64,000 bases of DNA from a virus: the IMG/VR virus record IMGVR_UViG_3300025133_000028; one strand, 5' to 3'. Shown here piece after piece: positions 37,574 to 47,986 of this stretch (the first letter of the stretch is position 1; every line of letters begins with the position of its first letter). The position numbers and the translations under genes are program-made. A model generated the notes under the pieces. The model made no database searches and was not told the DNA's origin. It worked only from the letters and a program-made list of their open reading frames with translations.

Positions 37574-38373
37574 CCGACGAAAAAACCCTTGAGATTACAA
37601 CTCATTGCTCAGATTGTTATTTTACAGAAATAGAAGACGGTATACAAACAGGATGTCGTCTCAATAGAATTGATAAATTCATCGAATACGACAAAGCAGA
37701 GTTTGATGAAGAAGGCATCCCGCAGGCATACGTAGTTAACACTATGTGTTCAGCTAAAAGGTCAGACATTTGGGCAAACGCACATAAAGACCCAGAAGCT
37801 AGAATTAAGACAGAAACGCAAGTGCCGTTGGACTGGGTTGTATTACATGTGGGAAACGATGAAAAACAATTATATTTTTCTCTTAAAGAAATTAAAAAAC
37901 ATACTATTCAACCACGGCGAGTTATGTTTGTAGTTAAAGGTAGTATACAATTTTCAAAATTTCTCGAAGATGCTAAAAATTGCCTATCAGATTCAATTGT
38001 TCAGATTACGAGAGTGATTGAAAACGCTAACACAAGAAAGTGTTTAGATATTGGGGTTAAAAAAATAGATTCTAAAGGACCGTTTTATGTCATGATTAAA
38101 GCAGGAGAGTCTTTTAATACCGACTTAAACGAAAGACTTAATACCGCAATTAATGAGGAACTTTTAACACCTTTGTGTATTACTGGAGATTGTGAATATC
38201 ATGGCACAATCATATCAACGCAACTACACAAAATGGTTGGTGGTAATAAAGAAGCGGAAATGGTGTATAACGAGACCAAACGGACTCTTTATAGAGTAGA
38301 AGACAAAATTAAAGCAATCGCTATAGAACAAGATAAACAACAAAGCTTTATTTATACATGGGGTCAAATATGA
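37570..38373 (+). CDS. hypothetical protein in glycan island
   Basis: Coupled ORF; Cys-rich N-terminus. Confidence 0.6.
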   Translation: MTDEKTLEITTHCSDCYFTEIEDGIQTGCRLNRIDKFIEYDKAEFDEEGIPQAYVVNTMCSAKRSDIWANAHKDPEARIKTETQVPLDWVVLHVGNDEKQLYFSLKEIKKHTIQPRRVMFVVKGSIQFSKFLEDAKNCLSDSIVQITRVIENANTRKCLDIGVKKIDSKGPFYVMIKAGESFNTDLNERLNTAINEELLTPLCITGDCEYHGTIISTQLHKMVGGNKEAEMVYNETKRTLYRVEDKIKAIAIEQDKQQSFIYTWGQI

Positions 38374-39155
38374 GTTTGCCAGCGGTAACGGTTTTAATTA
38401 CGAACTACAACTACGGAAAATATATATCTAAAGCTATTAGGTCTGCGTTATTACAGGACTATAAAGGTGTTGTTAATATTGTGGTAGTAGACGATTGTTC
38501 TACAGACAGTTCTGTTAAATCAGCACAAGAGACATTGTGTTTATCAAATCCGCCAGAACCATGGACAAAAAACGGAGACATATCTTATACATCATTAGTA
38601 ACAGACAATGATGGCGTACACATGATAGTTAAGTTAAACAAAAACTCTGGACCAAGCACAGGTAGAAATATTGGTATAGAAGTATCTAAAGACTTTACAG
38701 ATGTTTATGCTGTTCTAGACGCTGATGATATGATGATGTCAAATAAAATATCTGCATGTGTCACAGTTATGCAAGCAACGCCACAGATAGGAGTGGTGTA
38801 TGCAGATTATAACATCGTAAATGTAAACACAGGCAATGTCGTCAGAGAATATAAAGAACCGTTTAGTTTTAAAAGACTGTCTGAAGAATGTATAGTTCAT
38901 AGCGGAAGTCTTATTACTAAACAGGCTTTATTAGAATGTGCTGACCAATTCGGTTATTATGACAGTCAAATGAGAACATGTGAAGACTATGATTTATGGT
39001 TACGTGTTGCCGAAAAATTTATGATTGTACATATTGCAGAACCCTTAACACTAGTAAGAGCAACTGATATGTGTTCTTCTGCTACGGTTCCTACAGAAAT
39101 ATGGCAACAAAATTGGGCTCGCGTCCAACAAAAGGCTCAAAACAGAAATGGTTAA
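38358..39155 (+). CDS. GT2 family glycosyltransferase
   Basis: VLITNYNYG, VVDDCSTD, GPSTGRN, LDADD, EDYDLWLR. Confidence 0.92.
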   Translation: MGSNMSLPAVTVLITNYNYGKYISKAIRSALLQDYKGVVNIVVVDDCSTDSSVKSAQETLCLSNPPEPWTKNGDISYTSLVTDNDGVHMIVKLNKNSGPSTGRNIGIEVSKDFTDVYAVLDADDMMMSNKISACVTVMQATPQIGVVYADYNIVNVNTGNVVREYKEPFSFKRLSEECIVHSGSLITKQALLECADQFGYYDSQMRTCEDYDLWLRVAEKFMIVHIAEPLTLVRATDMCSSATVPTEIWQQNWARVQQKAQNRNG

Positions 39156-39864
39156 AAGAAGAGATTGTGTAACAACGACGAGAAAAAAGGTAGGAGAAAA
39201 GCAGCTTTTACCAATTGTTTTTTTGTCTTCAGGTATAGGCTATAGAATGAAAGGCTATGGCCCAAAACCTTTGATTAAAATACATAAAGAACAAAATATA
39301 TTAGAAAAGCAAATAGAAGAAGTAGAAAAAGTATATCCAAACTCTGAAATTATTTTAGTTACCGGCTTTGAATCTGAAAAAATAGCCAGAAATGTAGACC
39401 AAAAAATTCGTATAGTTGAGAACCGATTGTATCAGACTACAAATGAAGCAGAAGAATTACGACTTGCTTTGCAAAATATAATATCAGACCAAGCGTTGGT
39501 TATTCAAGGCGATATAGTATTTGACTACTTTGCCGTTGAGGGACTGTGTAATGATAATTCGTCAGTGTTGGTTGATAGTTTAAATCGTATGCCAAAAGAC
39601 AATGTTGGAGTAACATCTGTTAATAATGTGGCTACGATTTTTTCTTATGGATTAGACATCAAATGGGGAGGAATGGTTTATCTTGCTGGTAAGGAATTTA
39701 AATTAGCAAAAAAAATATGTTCAATCACAAATGAAAAATTGTATTTGCATGAAATCTTAAACAGAATCATAGAAAAAAGCGGAAGCTTTAAAACCATAGA
39801 ACAAAACCAAATGAAGATACACAAAATAGATTCTAAAAACATTGAAACACTAAGGAATGAATAA
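39148..39864 (+). CDS. sugar-phosphate/phosphocholine nucleotidyltransferase family protein
   Basis: LSSGIGYRMKGYGPKPLI, VTGF, QGDIVF. Confidence 0.8.
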   Translation: MVKRRDCVTTTRKKVGEKQLLPIVFLSSGIGYRMKGYGPKPLIKIHKEQNILEKQIEEVEKVYPNSEIILVTGFESEKIARNVDQKIRIVENRLYQTTNEAEELRLALQNIISDQALVIQGDIVFDYFAVEGLCNDNSSVLVDSLNRMPKDNVGVTSVNNVATIFSYGLDIKWGGMVYLAGKEFKLAKKICSITNEKLYLHEILNRIIEKSGSFKTIEQNQMKIHKIDSKNIETLRNE

Positions 39865-40913
39865 TGAAAATTTTAATTAGTAGCGATTCGCCAACCGCAC
39901 ATTATTATATTAGACTGGCTATAGCTAGAGTTTTAACGTATATGGGTCACGAAGTAATTTTGTGGGACATTACAAAAAAATCAGCTTTCGATGCTTTCGA
40001 TGAATTTGAACCAGATATTTTTATGGGCCAAACATACAATATTGATAGTGCATTAATTAAGTGTATTGCAGAACGTCCTTTGTTAAAAGTATTTATGAAA
40101 GCTGCTGATTGGGGCGAAACATCAGACTATATTGATAGAAAGAAATATCCAATATTGTTTGCAACAACAGAAGAACAAAAACGAGTTATCGAGTTAGCAG
40201 ACAGAACAGGCAAGCCAGACTTTTTATATATACACTATCATAAAGATTGGCTAGAAGAAACACACGGCAATTGGATGAAACTTGGTTTTAAAGTTGATTC
40301 TTTAATGAATGCTGCTGATATTTTTGATTTTACTAAAGGTAAGTTTAATCCCGATTTTGCAAGTGACGTTGCTTTTGTTGGCGGGTATTGGCCGTATAAG
40401 GCTATTACTTTAGATAGGTATATAACTCCTTTGTGTAATCCCGATATGGATATTAATGTTAAAATCTTTGGTAACCAAGGATGGTCAGTGCCTCAGTATT
40501 GTGGGTATATTGAAAACAATCTAGCAAAGGACGTACTGGCATCTGCTAAAGTCTGCCCTAACATCAGCGAATTACATTCTCAAGATTTTGGCTTTGATAT
40601 TGTAGAAAGACCGTTCAAATTATTAAGTAATAAGTGTTTTGTGATTTCTGACTACGTACAAGGAGCAGAAGAAGTGTTTGGAGATTCTGTAGTATTTGCA
40701 AAGACACCAGACGAATTTAAAAAACTAGTCTTGCACTATATTTCGCACCCAAACGAAAGAGACTATCATATAAACAAAGGGTATGAATTAGTAATGCAAA
40801 AACACACATATTTTCATCGGGTACATCAAATATTAAACAACCTTAGACTACACGACGAAGCAAACAAATGTTTAGAATTGTTTAATAACTTAAAACAAAA
40901 ATTATCACTTTAG
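39864..40913 (+). CDS. CgeB-like GT-B glycosyltransferase
   Basis: SDVAFVGG, ERPFK, VISD, HTYFHRV. Confidence 0.75.
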   Translation: MKILISSDSPTAHYYIRLAIARVLTYMGHEVILWDITKKSAFDAFDEFEPDIFMGQTYNIDSALIKCIAERPLLKVFMKAADWGETSDYIDRKKYPILFATTEEQKRVIELADRTGKPDFLYIHYHKDWLEETHGNWMKLGFKVDSLMNAADIFDFTKGKFNPDFASDVAFVGGYWPYKAITLDRYITPLCNPDMDINVKIFGNQGWSVPQYCGYIENNLAKDVLASAKVCPNISELHSQDFGFDIVERPFKLLSNKCFVISDYVQGAEEVFGDSVVFAKTPDEFKKLVLHYISHPNERDYHINKGYELVMQKHTYFHRVHQILNNLRLHDEANKCLELFNNLKQKLSL

Positions 40914-40921
40914 GAGAAATC

Positions 40922-41842
40922 ATGAGAGTCTTAATTACTGGTAGTACTGGATTTATTGGTCATCATGTTACCAAACATGTTCTTAAAGATAATAAAATTA
41001 CCAGCGTATTATTACCGTCTAGAAACACAACGACTCTACGCAGTGTGTTAAAGAGCAATAAAATATCTAGATGTTGGTACACTCCTGGTGATTTACACGA
41101 CCTTGGAAGAATAGTTAAAAACTATAATCCACACTATGTGTTGCACCTAGCAGCAAATCCTTCTCCTCGTCCTGGTGGTGTTGGTAATATGATTGACGAT
41201 AACATAAAGCTAACCAAAGTATTACTTGATAATGTACAAAAAAAATGTAAATTTCTATACGCTTCTAGTGTTGTCGTTTACGGCAATCAGTCTGGTCAAT
41301 GTGATGAAAGCACTTTGTTAGAACCAACATCATTGTATGGAGCGACAAAAGCAGCATCAGAAGCTTTAATTAGTGCATATCACCACATGGGATATATTAG
41401 AGGTACTAATTTAAGATTGTGTGCTACCGTTGGTAAGGGTTTGACTCATGGTATTATTTTTGATTTTATTAAAAAACTAAAAGCAAAATCTGATGAATTA
41501 GAAATGTTTGGAGATTGTCCAGGTAGTTCTAAACCTTTTATACACGTAAGTGACGTAGTAAAAGCGTTTCATATGGCTATGTATAATTGTAACACTAATC
41601 TTAAAACATATAACGTATGTCCAAACGATTATATTAGTGTGAGTGGAATTGCTGATGTTGTTATGTCAACATTAGATATTAAGAAGAAAAAGAAATGGAT
41701 GGGCTCAACATCAGTATGGAAAGGTGATAATAAATATATTCATTGTAGTAATAATAGAATTAGATTTGCGGGATGGATGTCAGATTACCCAACATCTAGA
41801 GAAGCTATCTGCCAAGCAGTAAAGGAAGAAAATGAATCTTAA
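40922..41842 (+). CDS. NAD-dependent epimerase/dehydratase
   Basis: TGSTGFIG, HLAA, ASSVVVYG, YGATK. Confidence 0.92.
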   Translation: MRVLITGSTGFIGHHVTKHVLKDNKITSVLLPSRNTTTLRSVLKSNKISRCWYTPGDLHDLGRIVKNYNPHYVLHLAANPSPRPGGVGNMIDDNIKLTKVLLDNVQKKCKFLYASSVVVYGNQSGQCDESTLLEPTSLYGATKAASEALISAYHHMGYIRGTNLRLCATVGKGLTHGIIFDFIKKLKAKSDELEMFGDCPGSSKPFIHVSDVVKAFHMAMYNCNTNLKTYNVCPNDYISVSGIADVVMSTLDIKKKKKWMGSTSVWKGDNKYIHCSNNRIRFAGWMSDYPTSREAICQAVKEENES

Positions 41843-42521
41843 TCGAATAGTTGACAAAGCCATATGTTTAGTTTTAGACAAAAGATACGATGACTGGTCA
41901 CAAAAAGTTTTGCCACAATTAAAAATCTTAGGCGTAGAAGTCGAAGCTTTTATTGCTGGCGACGGTGGTTATAATTTGGAATACGACCATATAGACAGTC
42001 AGGAATTGCCTGTATATTGTGGAGGAATAGATTATCCAACGTGGTATAAAAGACCAAACGCTTACAACGCTTGGAAATGTCATAAAAAAATGCTAGAACA
42101 ATGTGTTGAACAAGATGTAGAATATGTTTTGTTTCTTGAAGACGACGTACAAGTACACGAAGATTATGAAGAAGTAACAAGACAAGCAATTAGAGACCTG
42201 TCTTATAACCATATTGACATGTTATATCTAGGACATTATGGAACCAAACACAATAGTAGAAAAACTAATGTGCCCAATGTTGTTAGAATGAGTGGTGGTG
42301 GTGGATGGCATTCTGTAATTATACACAATCGCGTAATGAAACAATTACTTAGAATTAACGATGTTCCGTATGGCCCATTTGATTGGCAGTGTGGACAACA
42401 GATTCATAAACAGTTCGATTGTTATGGATTAAACCCGTCTGTTATTACTCAAATAGACGGACATAGTTATGTTGAAGGACACCATTTGGATAAACCAGGG
42501 AGACACATACAATGGGACTAG
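41832..42521 (+). CDS. GT25-like glycosyltransferase
   Basis: CLVLDKR, WKCH, LFLEDD, DMLYLG. Confidence 0.75.
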   Translation: MNLNRIVDKAICLVLDKRYDDWSQKVLPQLKILGVEVEAFIAGDGGYNLEYDHIDSQELPVYCGGIDYPTWYKRPNAYNAWKCHKKMLEQCVEQDVEYVLFLEDDVQVHEDYEEVTRQAIRDLSYNHIDMLYLGHYGTKHNSRKTNVPNVVRMSGGGGWHSVIIHNRVMKQLLRINDVPYGPFDWQCGQQIHKQFDCYGLNPSVITQIDGHSYVEGHHLDKPGRHIQWD

Positions 42522-43177
42522 TACCTTGTGATGTTAACACACACAGCACTGCTGTAATGATGCGACAATTTGAAATCAACCCAAAATACGTTATGCATAT
42601 TGGTGCTCATGACGGTATTGAGGCAGATATTTACGACCACTTTAATGCTAAGTCTGTCATATGGTTTGAGTGTAACGATAAGCTATTTGAAGACCTGTGG
42701 ACAAGATTAGAAGGTAGAAAAAACCACGTAGTTGAACCATACTGCTTGTGGCATAAAGATGGTGAAACTCTTGATTTTCATTATTACAGAGACGAAAAAG
42801 ACGGTGCTTCTGGACTATTTGAAAATGATAAAATGTTTGATTATATTAAAGATTGCCCAATTGTTGGAAAAACCCAAGTACACACATTAACCTTTGATAC
42901 ATGGGCAGAAGAAGCCGAAGGTGTACCTTGGAATGAAACAGATTTTCTAAATATCGACGTTCAAGGAGCAGAATTAAATGTCTTTAAAGGGGCACAAAAA
43001 TTACTTAACCTCTCTTCTCTTAAATATATATGGTGTGAAGTATCTTGGGACCATGTTTACAAAAATGCACCGCTTATGGAAGATATTGACAAATGCTTGG
43101 AACAATACGGATTTGTCAAAATCGGAGTTAGAAAAGATTGGGAAATTCACGGAGACGCATTGTATGTTAAAGCATGA
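42512..43177 (+). CDS. FkbM family methyltransferase
   Basis: HIGAHDG, IDVQGAELNVFKG, GDALY. Confidence 0.9.
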   Translation: MGLVPCDVNTHSTAVMMRQFEINPKYVMHIGAHDGIEADIYDHFNAKSVIWFECNDKLFEDLWTRLEGRKNHVVEPYCLWHKDGETLDFHYYRDEKDGASGLFENDKMFDYIKDCPIVGKTQVHTLTFDTWAEEAEGVPWNETDFLNIDVQGAELNVFKGAQKLLNLSSLKYIWCEVSWDHVYKNAPLMEDIDKCLEQYGFVKIGVRKDWEIHGDALYVKA

Positions 43178-43235
43178 TAAAGGATTCCACGGAGTACCAG
43201 CAAACCCAAAGAGTATTATATTAGAGGAGGATAAG

Positions 43236-43577
43236 ATGCAACCCAGAGATTTTTGTTATTGGCTCAAAGGTTATTTTGAATTAAGAAAAGACCAAGGTGA
43301 AGATAAACACTATTTAGATGAAGTACAAACCCAAATCATTGAAGACCATCTTGACTTGGTTTTTAAAAAGGAAACACCAGATAGACAACCCAGAAAAGAA
43401 GATGTAGTACAACTACGTTCTATACTGGCACAAAATGGTGTCCCAAACAAAAATGACGACATTTATTGTACAAGTTCTTTTACTATGCCACCAGACCAAG
43501 TCGCTCGTCAGGACCAATTAAAACACGATAATTTTCCAACCATATTTTGGCCAGATGGTCCACCAGCAAGTTGCTAG
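43236..43577 (+). CDS. hypothetical phage protein
   Basis: GAGGAGG RBS; MQPRDFCYWLKGYFEL. Confidence 0.7.
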   Translation: MQPRDFCYWLKGYFELRKDQGEDKHYLDEVQTQIIEDHLDLVFKKETPDRQPRKEDVVQLRSILAQNGVPNKNDDIYCTSSFTMPPDQVARQDQLKHDNFPTIFWPDGPPASC

Positions 43578-43587
43578 GAGAAATAAT

Positions 43588-44499
43588 ATGAAACTAATTG
43601 ACACATTCTTATTTTCCGAACCTTACGAATCAGACCTGTTGTGGTTAAAGTTTAAACTTGAAACACCATTTGTGGACGAATGGATTATTCAAGAATGTGA
43701 CCACACCACGCAGGGAGATTTTAAAGGATTATTTGCCAACGGAATATTAGAGGAAGAGAGATTTAAACCATATCTAAACAGAATTAAGATTTTTCAACAT
43801 CATGGAAATCCCGCAATAAAAGACGGTAAAGAAAACACCAACTTTATGCGAGAAAACTTTCAAAGAACTTTATGTGCTGAATATCTGTCTACGCAACATG
43901 ACGACACTCTGGTTATTGTTTCTGATACTGATGAAATGATTGATTGTACAGACGAAGATAAAAGATTGTGGCGATTTAAAGAAATACTCAAACGACACCA
44001 TAATGAGTATTTTTTTCTTGGTAGAATGCGTTATTGGTTTGATTATGACAATAGGTGTTACCTTCCAAATATTAGAATTCCTATTGCGAACGTTGGAATG
44101 ATGAAACGTAGTGGCGGATTAAAACAATGTTTATCTACCTTAAGACATATTCAAGGACAAGGACCAACCTACGACGTTGGTGAGACTCCAATTGCTTTTG
44201 AGTACTCTTACGTATTTAAAAGCTTAGAAGACTTATGGAGAAAGAAAACTACATACGCTCATAATAACTTTGATGTAGAATGTTTAGAAAAAGCATTAAA
44301 ATACAATCATTGGCCAAGGACATCCAAAAGAGGAGAACGTGTTGGTCAAGAGCCATATGATTTCTTTGAAAAAGTTACACTCACAGAAGAAAACTCGCCA
44401 AAATATGTGCGAGAAAATATAGAGAAATTGCGTACAAACATAGTAAGTTCGGTGTATAGATTAAATAGGACTAATGATAGGATAGGACCAAATGAATAA
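43588..44499 (+). CDS. GT17-like (beta-1,4-GlcNAc transferase family) glycosyltransferase
   Basis: LIDTFLF..E.DLL, VDEWIIQE...T.QG..K, RENFQR, VSDTDEM. Confidence 0.7.
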   Translation: MKLIDTFLFSEPYESDLLWLKFKLETPFVDEWIIQECDHTTQGDFKGLFANGILEEERFKPYLNRIKIFQHHGNPAIKDGKENTNFMRENFQRTLCAEYLSTQHDDTLVIVSDTDEMIDCTDEDKRLWRFKEILKRHHNEYFFLGRMRYWFDYDNRCYLPNIRIPIANVGMMKRSGGLKQCLSTLRHIQGQGPTYDVGETPIAFEYSYVFKSLEDLWRKKTTYAHNNFDVECLEKALKYNHWPRTSKRGERVGQEPYDFFEKVTLTEENSPKYVRENIEKLRTNIVSSVYRLNRTNDRIGPNE

Positions 44500-44672
44500 T
44501 TATTGGGATTTTTACGCAGACGGCGATTTGATTATTTGTCATCCATCTAACTACAATCTTATATGTGACGAAATCAACTGAAAGAATAACTGAAGATAAG
44601 CCAGTATATGGTATATGATTAATACAAAGCCTTTACGCAGAATATTAACATTGCCAATCGACGGAGATAAAG

Positions 44673-45596
44673 ATGAAAGTATTAGTCAGCGGAGCGGGTG
44701 GGTTCGTGGGAAATGTTTTGTGCCGCCAACTTCTGTACAAAGGACATCAAGTAGTAGCTTTTGACAATTTTCATAAGGGCCAATGCGATGCGTTAATTCC
44801 ACTGGTCAGTAATGATAATTTTTCCTTCATATATGGAGACGTAACAAATAAATCAGACGTTACTAAAGCAATGTCTGGAATAGACGGAATTATCCACCTA
44901 GCAGCAATAGTTGGTGTTCCCGCATGTAATCGCCATCCAGCATTAGCAAAAGCGGTTAATGTAGAAGGAACGCAAAATATAGTAAATGCCAAATCTCAAG
45001 ATATGCCGATTGTGTATGCTTCTACTGGTTCTGTTTATGGAGCAGTTGAAGGAACATGTACAGAACGTAGTCCAACAAACACAAATACGCTTTATGGTAT
45101 TACAAAACTAAATGCAGAAAAAATTATTAGAGATACTACAAATTCCGTATCTTTAAGATTTGCAACAGGTTTTGGTTTAAGTCCGTGTATGCGAGTAAAT
45201 TTATTAGTTAATGACTTTGTTTATAGAGCTAAAAACGAAGGTTGCTTAACTGTGTTTCAAAAATCTTTCAGAAGAACTTTTATTCATGTTACAGACATGG
45301 CACGAGCACTAATTTTTTCTTTAGAACACAACAAAACATTTAAAAACGACGTTTATAATTGTGGTGACAATAATTTAAACTGGACCAAAGAACAACTATC
45401 GGAGTATGTTAAAGAAAGGACTGGATGTTATGTTAGTTATGCAGAGTTTGGAACAGACGCTGACCTTAGAGATTATGCTTGTGATTTTAGCCTGTTAAAT
45501 GAAGAAGGGTTCTTTTGTACGGTTACCATGGAAGAAGGTATAGACGAACTTATTAAAGCAACACCGTTATTACAAATAAGACATCAATATGAATAA
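44673..45596 (+). CDS. NAD-dependent epimerase/dehydratase
   Basis: SGAGGFVG, HLAAIVG, STGSVYG, YGITK. Confidence 0.92.
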   Translation: MKVLVSGAGGFVGNVLCRQLLYKGHQVVAFDNFHKGQCDALIPLVSNDNFSFIYGDVTNKSDVTKAMSGIDGIIHLAAIVGVPACNRHPALAKAVNVEGTQNIVNAKSQDMPIVYASTGSVYGAVEGTCTERSPTNTNTLYGITKLNAEKIIRDTTNSVSLRFATGFGLSPCMRVNLLVNDFVYRAKNEGCLTVFQKSFRRTFIHVTDMARALIFSLEHNKTFKNDVYNCGDNNLNWTKEQLSEYVKERTGCYVSYAEFGTDADLRDYACDFSLLNEEGFFCTVTMEEGIDELIKATPLLQIRHQYE

Positions 45597-45736
45597 ACAA
45601 GAAGAACATGTGTATTGGATGACACAAAAAGAACTAGTAACTTGGTTATTAAGAAATTCTGCTCATAATTCTGATGGTTCTATAACTATACCAAAAACAA
45701 AAGTAGACTTTTTAGAAAAGAAACTAGGATTTAGAA

Positions 45737-46516
45737 ATGAATAAATTAATAAATTTCATAGGACTACAAAGATGCGGTACTCACGCGGTTGCAAACTGGA
45801 TTATTCATCAAAGTGAAAACGCAGAAAAAGAACAACATCCAACACACTTTCATGATGATGTTTGGTATTATGATTGGGGCTCTTTTACATGTGGCATAAT
45901 GTTTAACTCTAGATTTCCACATAATCCAGAGATTGGATATAATCATCTTAAAAAAATCAAAGAATATTTAGGCAATCCAACTGTTGATGTGTGTCTTTTG
46001 TGTTATGAGTGTTCTTTAGTTTATATGCATTATGATTGTAAAGCAGAACCCGATTTATATGAAACAGATAGAAAAAACTTTCAATCTAATAACGAACAAA
46101 CAGTTATATTACTTAGGGATGTTAAAAATTGTTTTGCTAGTTTCTACAAAAAATACGGTCATGTACCTCAACATATTATAGGACATTGGGAAGCTAGAGC
46201 TAATGAAATACTTGGAAAAACGAAAAATGTTCCAAATCATGTATTCTTAAATTACAACAAATGGTTTATTGACAAAAAATATAGACAACAACTATGTAAT
46301 GATTTAAGTTTATATTTTACTGACATTGGCAAAAGTCAAGTTCCAAATTTTGGTGGTGGTTCCTCTTTTTCTGGCAGACAAGCAGATGGTAACGCAAGTT
46401 CTATGGACGTACTAACCAGATTTAGAAATTTTGATAAAAACGCAGGATTCCAACGAACACTGCAAACCCATAAACACTTAGTTGAATTATCGGACGAAAT
46501 TTTTGGAGAAATGTAG
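45737..46516 (+). CDS. sulfotransferase-like protein
   Basis: GLQRCGTH (5'-PSB-like) and LLRDVKNCFAS (3'-PB-like). Confidence 0.55.
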   Translation: MNKLINFIGLQRCGTHAVANWIIHQSENAEKEQHPTHFHDDVWYYDWGSFTCGIMFNSRFPHNPEIGYNHLKKIKEYLGNPTVDVCLLCYECSLVYMHYDCKAEPDLYETDRKNFQSNNEQTVILLRDVKNCFASFYKKYGHVPQHIIGHWEARANEILGKTKNVPNHVFLNYNKWFIDKKYRQQLCNDLSLYFTDIGKSQVPNFGGGSSFSGRQADGNASSMDVLTRFRNFDKNAGFQRTLQTHKHLVELSDEIFGEM

Positions 46517-46522
46517 ACAATA

Positions 46523-47464
46523 ATGGAAATTAACTTAAAGGAAAAAAAATGTTTAATTACGGGTTCTGGCTCAATGATTGGGCTCGCTGTTGTAAAATCT
46601 TTGAAAAGACGTGGTGCTGACTGTATTGAAGTTTATCATAAGGACTGGGATTTAGAGTACGGACCTGAAGTTGATGACATTTTCCGACTTATGCAACCAG
46701 ATTACGTATTTCACTTGGCTGGATATAACGGCGGAATTGAATGGAATAGAAAATATCCAGCAGACATTTTTAAACGCAACGTTCAAATGGGTTTAAACAT
46801 CCTTAATAGCTGTGTAACATACAATACCAAAAAAATAGTATCAGTTATGGCATCTTGTGCTTACCCAGATATGCCCGCAGAAGAATACGAAGAAAAAGAT
46901 TTCTGGGCAGGCTTACCAAACTCAAGCGTAGAATGTCATGGACTGGCCAAACGAATGCTACACGCTTATTCTCGACAGATTAACAAACAATACGGAGACC
47001 AAGCTACAACCGTTATTTTAACTAACTCATACGGTCCTCACGACAGTTACCATCCAGAAAAAACCAAAGTTGTTGGAGCAGCAATTAAAAGAATAGTTGA
47101 AGCTCAACAGAACAACACGGATTGTACGTTTTGGGGCAGTGGCAAACCATTGCGAGAATTTATGTTTTCTCTTGATGCAGGCGAAGCCATTGTACAGACC
47201 ATGGAAAAATACGACAATTTTGAGTCTCCTTTAAACTTGGGTTCTGGACAAGAAGTATCCATTCAGAGATTGGCTTATACCATATCTAAAATAGTAGGAT
47301 ATGACAGTAACAGAATACATTGGGACACAACCAAACAGGATGGCCAAATGAGAAAAAGATTAAATACTACCAAAATGAGAGAATATCTTAATGTCCCAAT
47401 TACTAGACTAGAAGACGGATTGTTCAAAACTATCGAATGGTATAAGGAGACATATTGTGACTAA
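46523..47464 (+). CDS. fcl: GDP-L-fucose synthase family epimerase-reductase
   Basis: GSGSMIG, HLAGYNGGI..N, SCAYP, NSYGPHD, WGSGKPLREF, DGQMRK. Confidence 0.88.
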   Translation: MEINLKEKKCLITGSGSMIGLAVVKSLKRRGADCIEVYHKDWDLEYGPEVDDIFRLMQPDYVFHLAGYNGGIEWNRKYPADIFKRNVQMGLNILNSCVTYNTKKIVSVMASCAYPDMPAEEYEEKDFWAGLPNSSVECHGLAKRMLHAYSRQINKQYGDQATTVILTNSYGPHDSYHPEKTKVVGAAIKRIVEAQQNNTDCTFWGSGKPLREFMFSLDAGEAIVQTMEKYDNFESPLNLGSGQEVSIQRLAYTISKIVGYDSNRIHWDTTKQDGQMRKRLNTTKMREYLNVPITRLEDGLFKTIEWYKETYCD

Positions 47465-47933
47465 AAAAGTCGGATTAGTTCTTCCTCATTTACATTCGTC
47501 TCAGATTGCCTTTTTTGGATTGAGTTATATCAACAATATTGTCAGTCAAACCAACGAGTATGATTTTGCTGTTTTTTATCAAGATTTGTTACCTGCGTGC
47601 GTGCGTCCTAATTGTGCTATTATGAACTACAACGAAATATGGACCCATAATGGACTATTGATTGCTACTAATTTAGATACCGCCGATGCTTGTTTACGAA
47701 CAGTGTCATCGTCAAAAACATTATTTTATGTTAATGACTTAGAATGGTTGCGAAAAGATAGACATAATTTCTTACGAAACATCAACATATATCGCAATGT
47801 AAGCTATCTCGTATGCAGAAGCGAACACCACGCCAAGCAACTACAACACTACTGCAATCGCAAAGCTGACGCCGTAATTTCTTTGTTTAATTTGACACAA
47901 ATTCTTGACTTCGCATTTGACAAAACCGTCTAA
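47457..47933 (+). CDS. hypothetical protein, possibly GT-related
   Basis: AAGGAG+GTG; FYVNDLEW. Confidence 0.6.
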   Translation: MTKKVGLVLPHLHSSQIAFFGLSYINNIVSQTNEYDFAVFYQDLLPACVRPNCAIMNYNEIWTHNGLLIATNLDTADACLRTVSSSKTLFYVNDLEWLRKDRHNFLRNINIYRNVSYLVCRSEHHAKQLQHYCNRKADAVISLFNLTQILDFAFDKTV

Positions 47934-47944
47934 AACCGTATACT
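47917..47944 (+). promoter_or_regulatory. sigma70-type promoter
   Basis: TTGACA-N16-TATACT; AAAACCG before the -10, as at 2332. Confidence 0.65.
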
Positions 47945-47986
47945 GTATTGTACAGAAAATTAGATGTTTTTGAAGAATCGGAGAAA

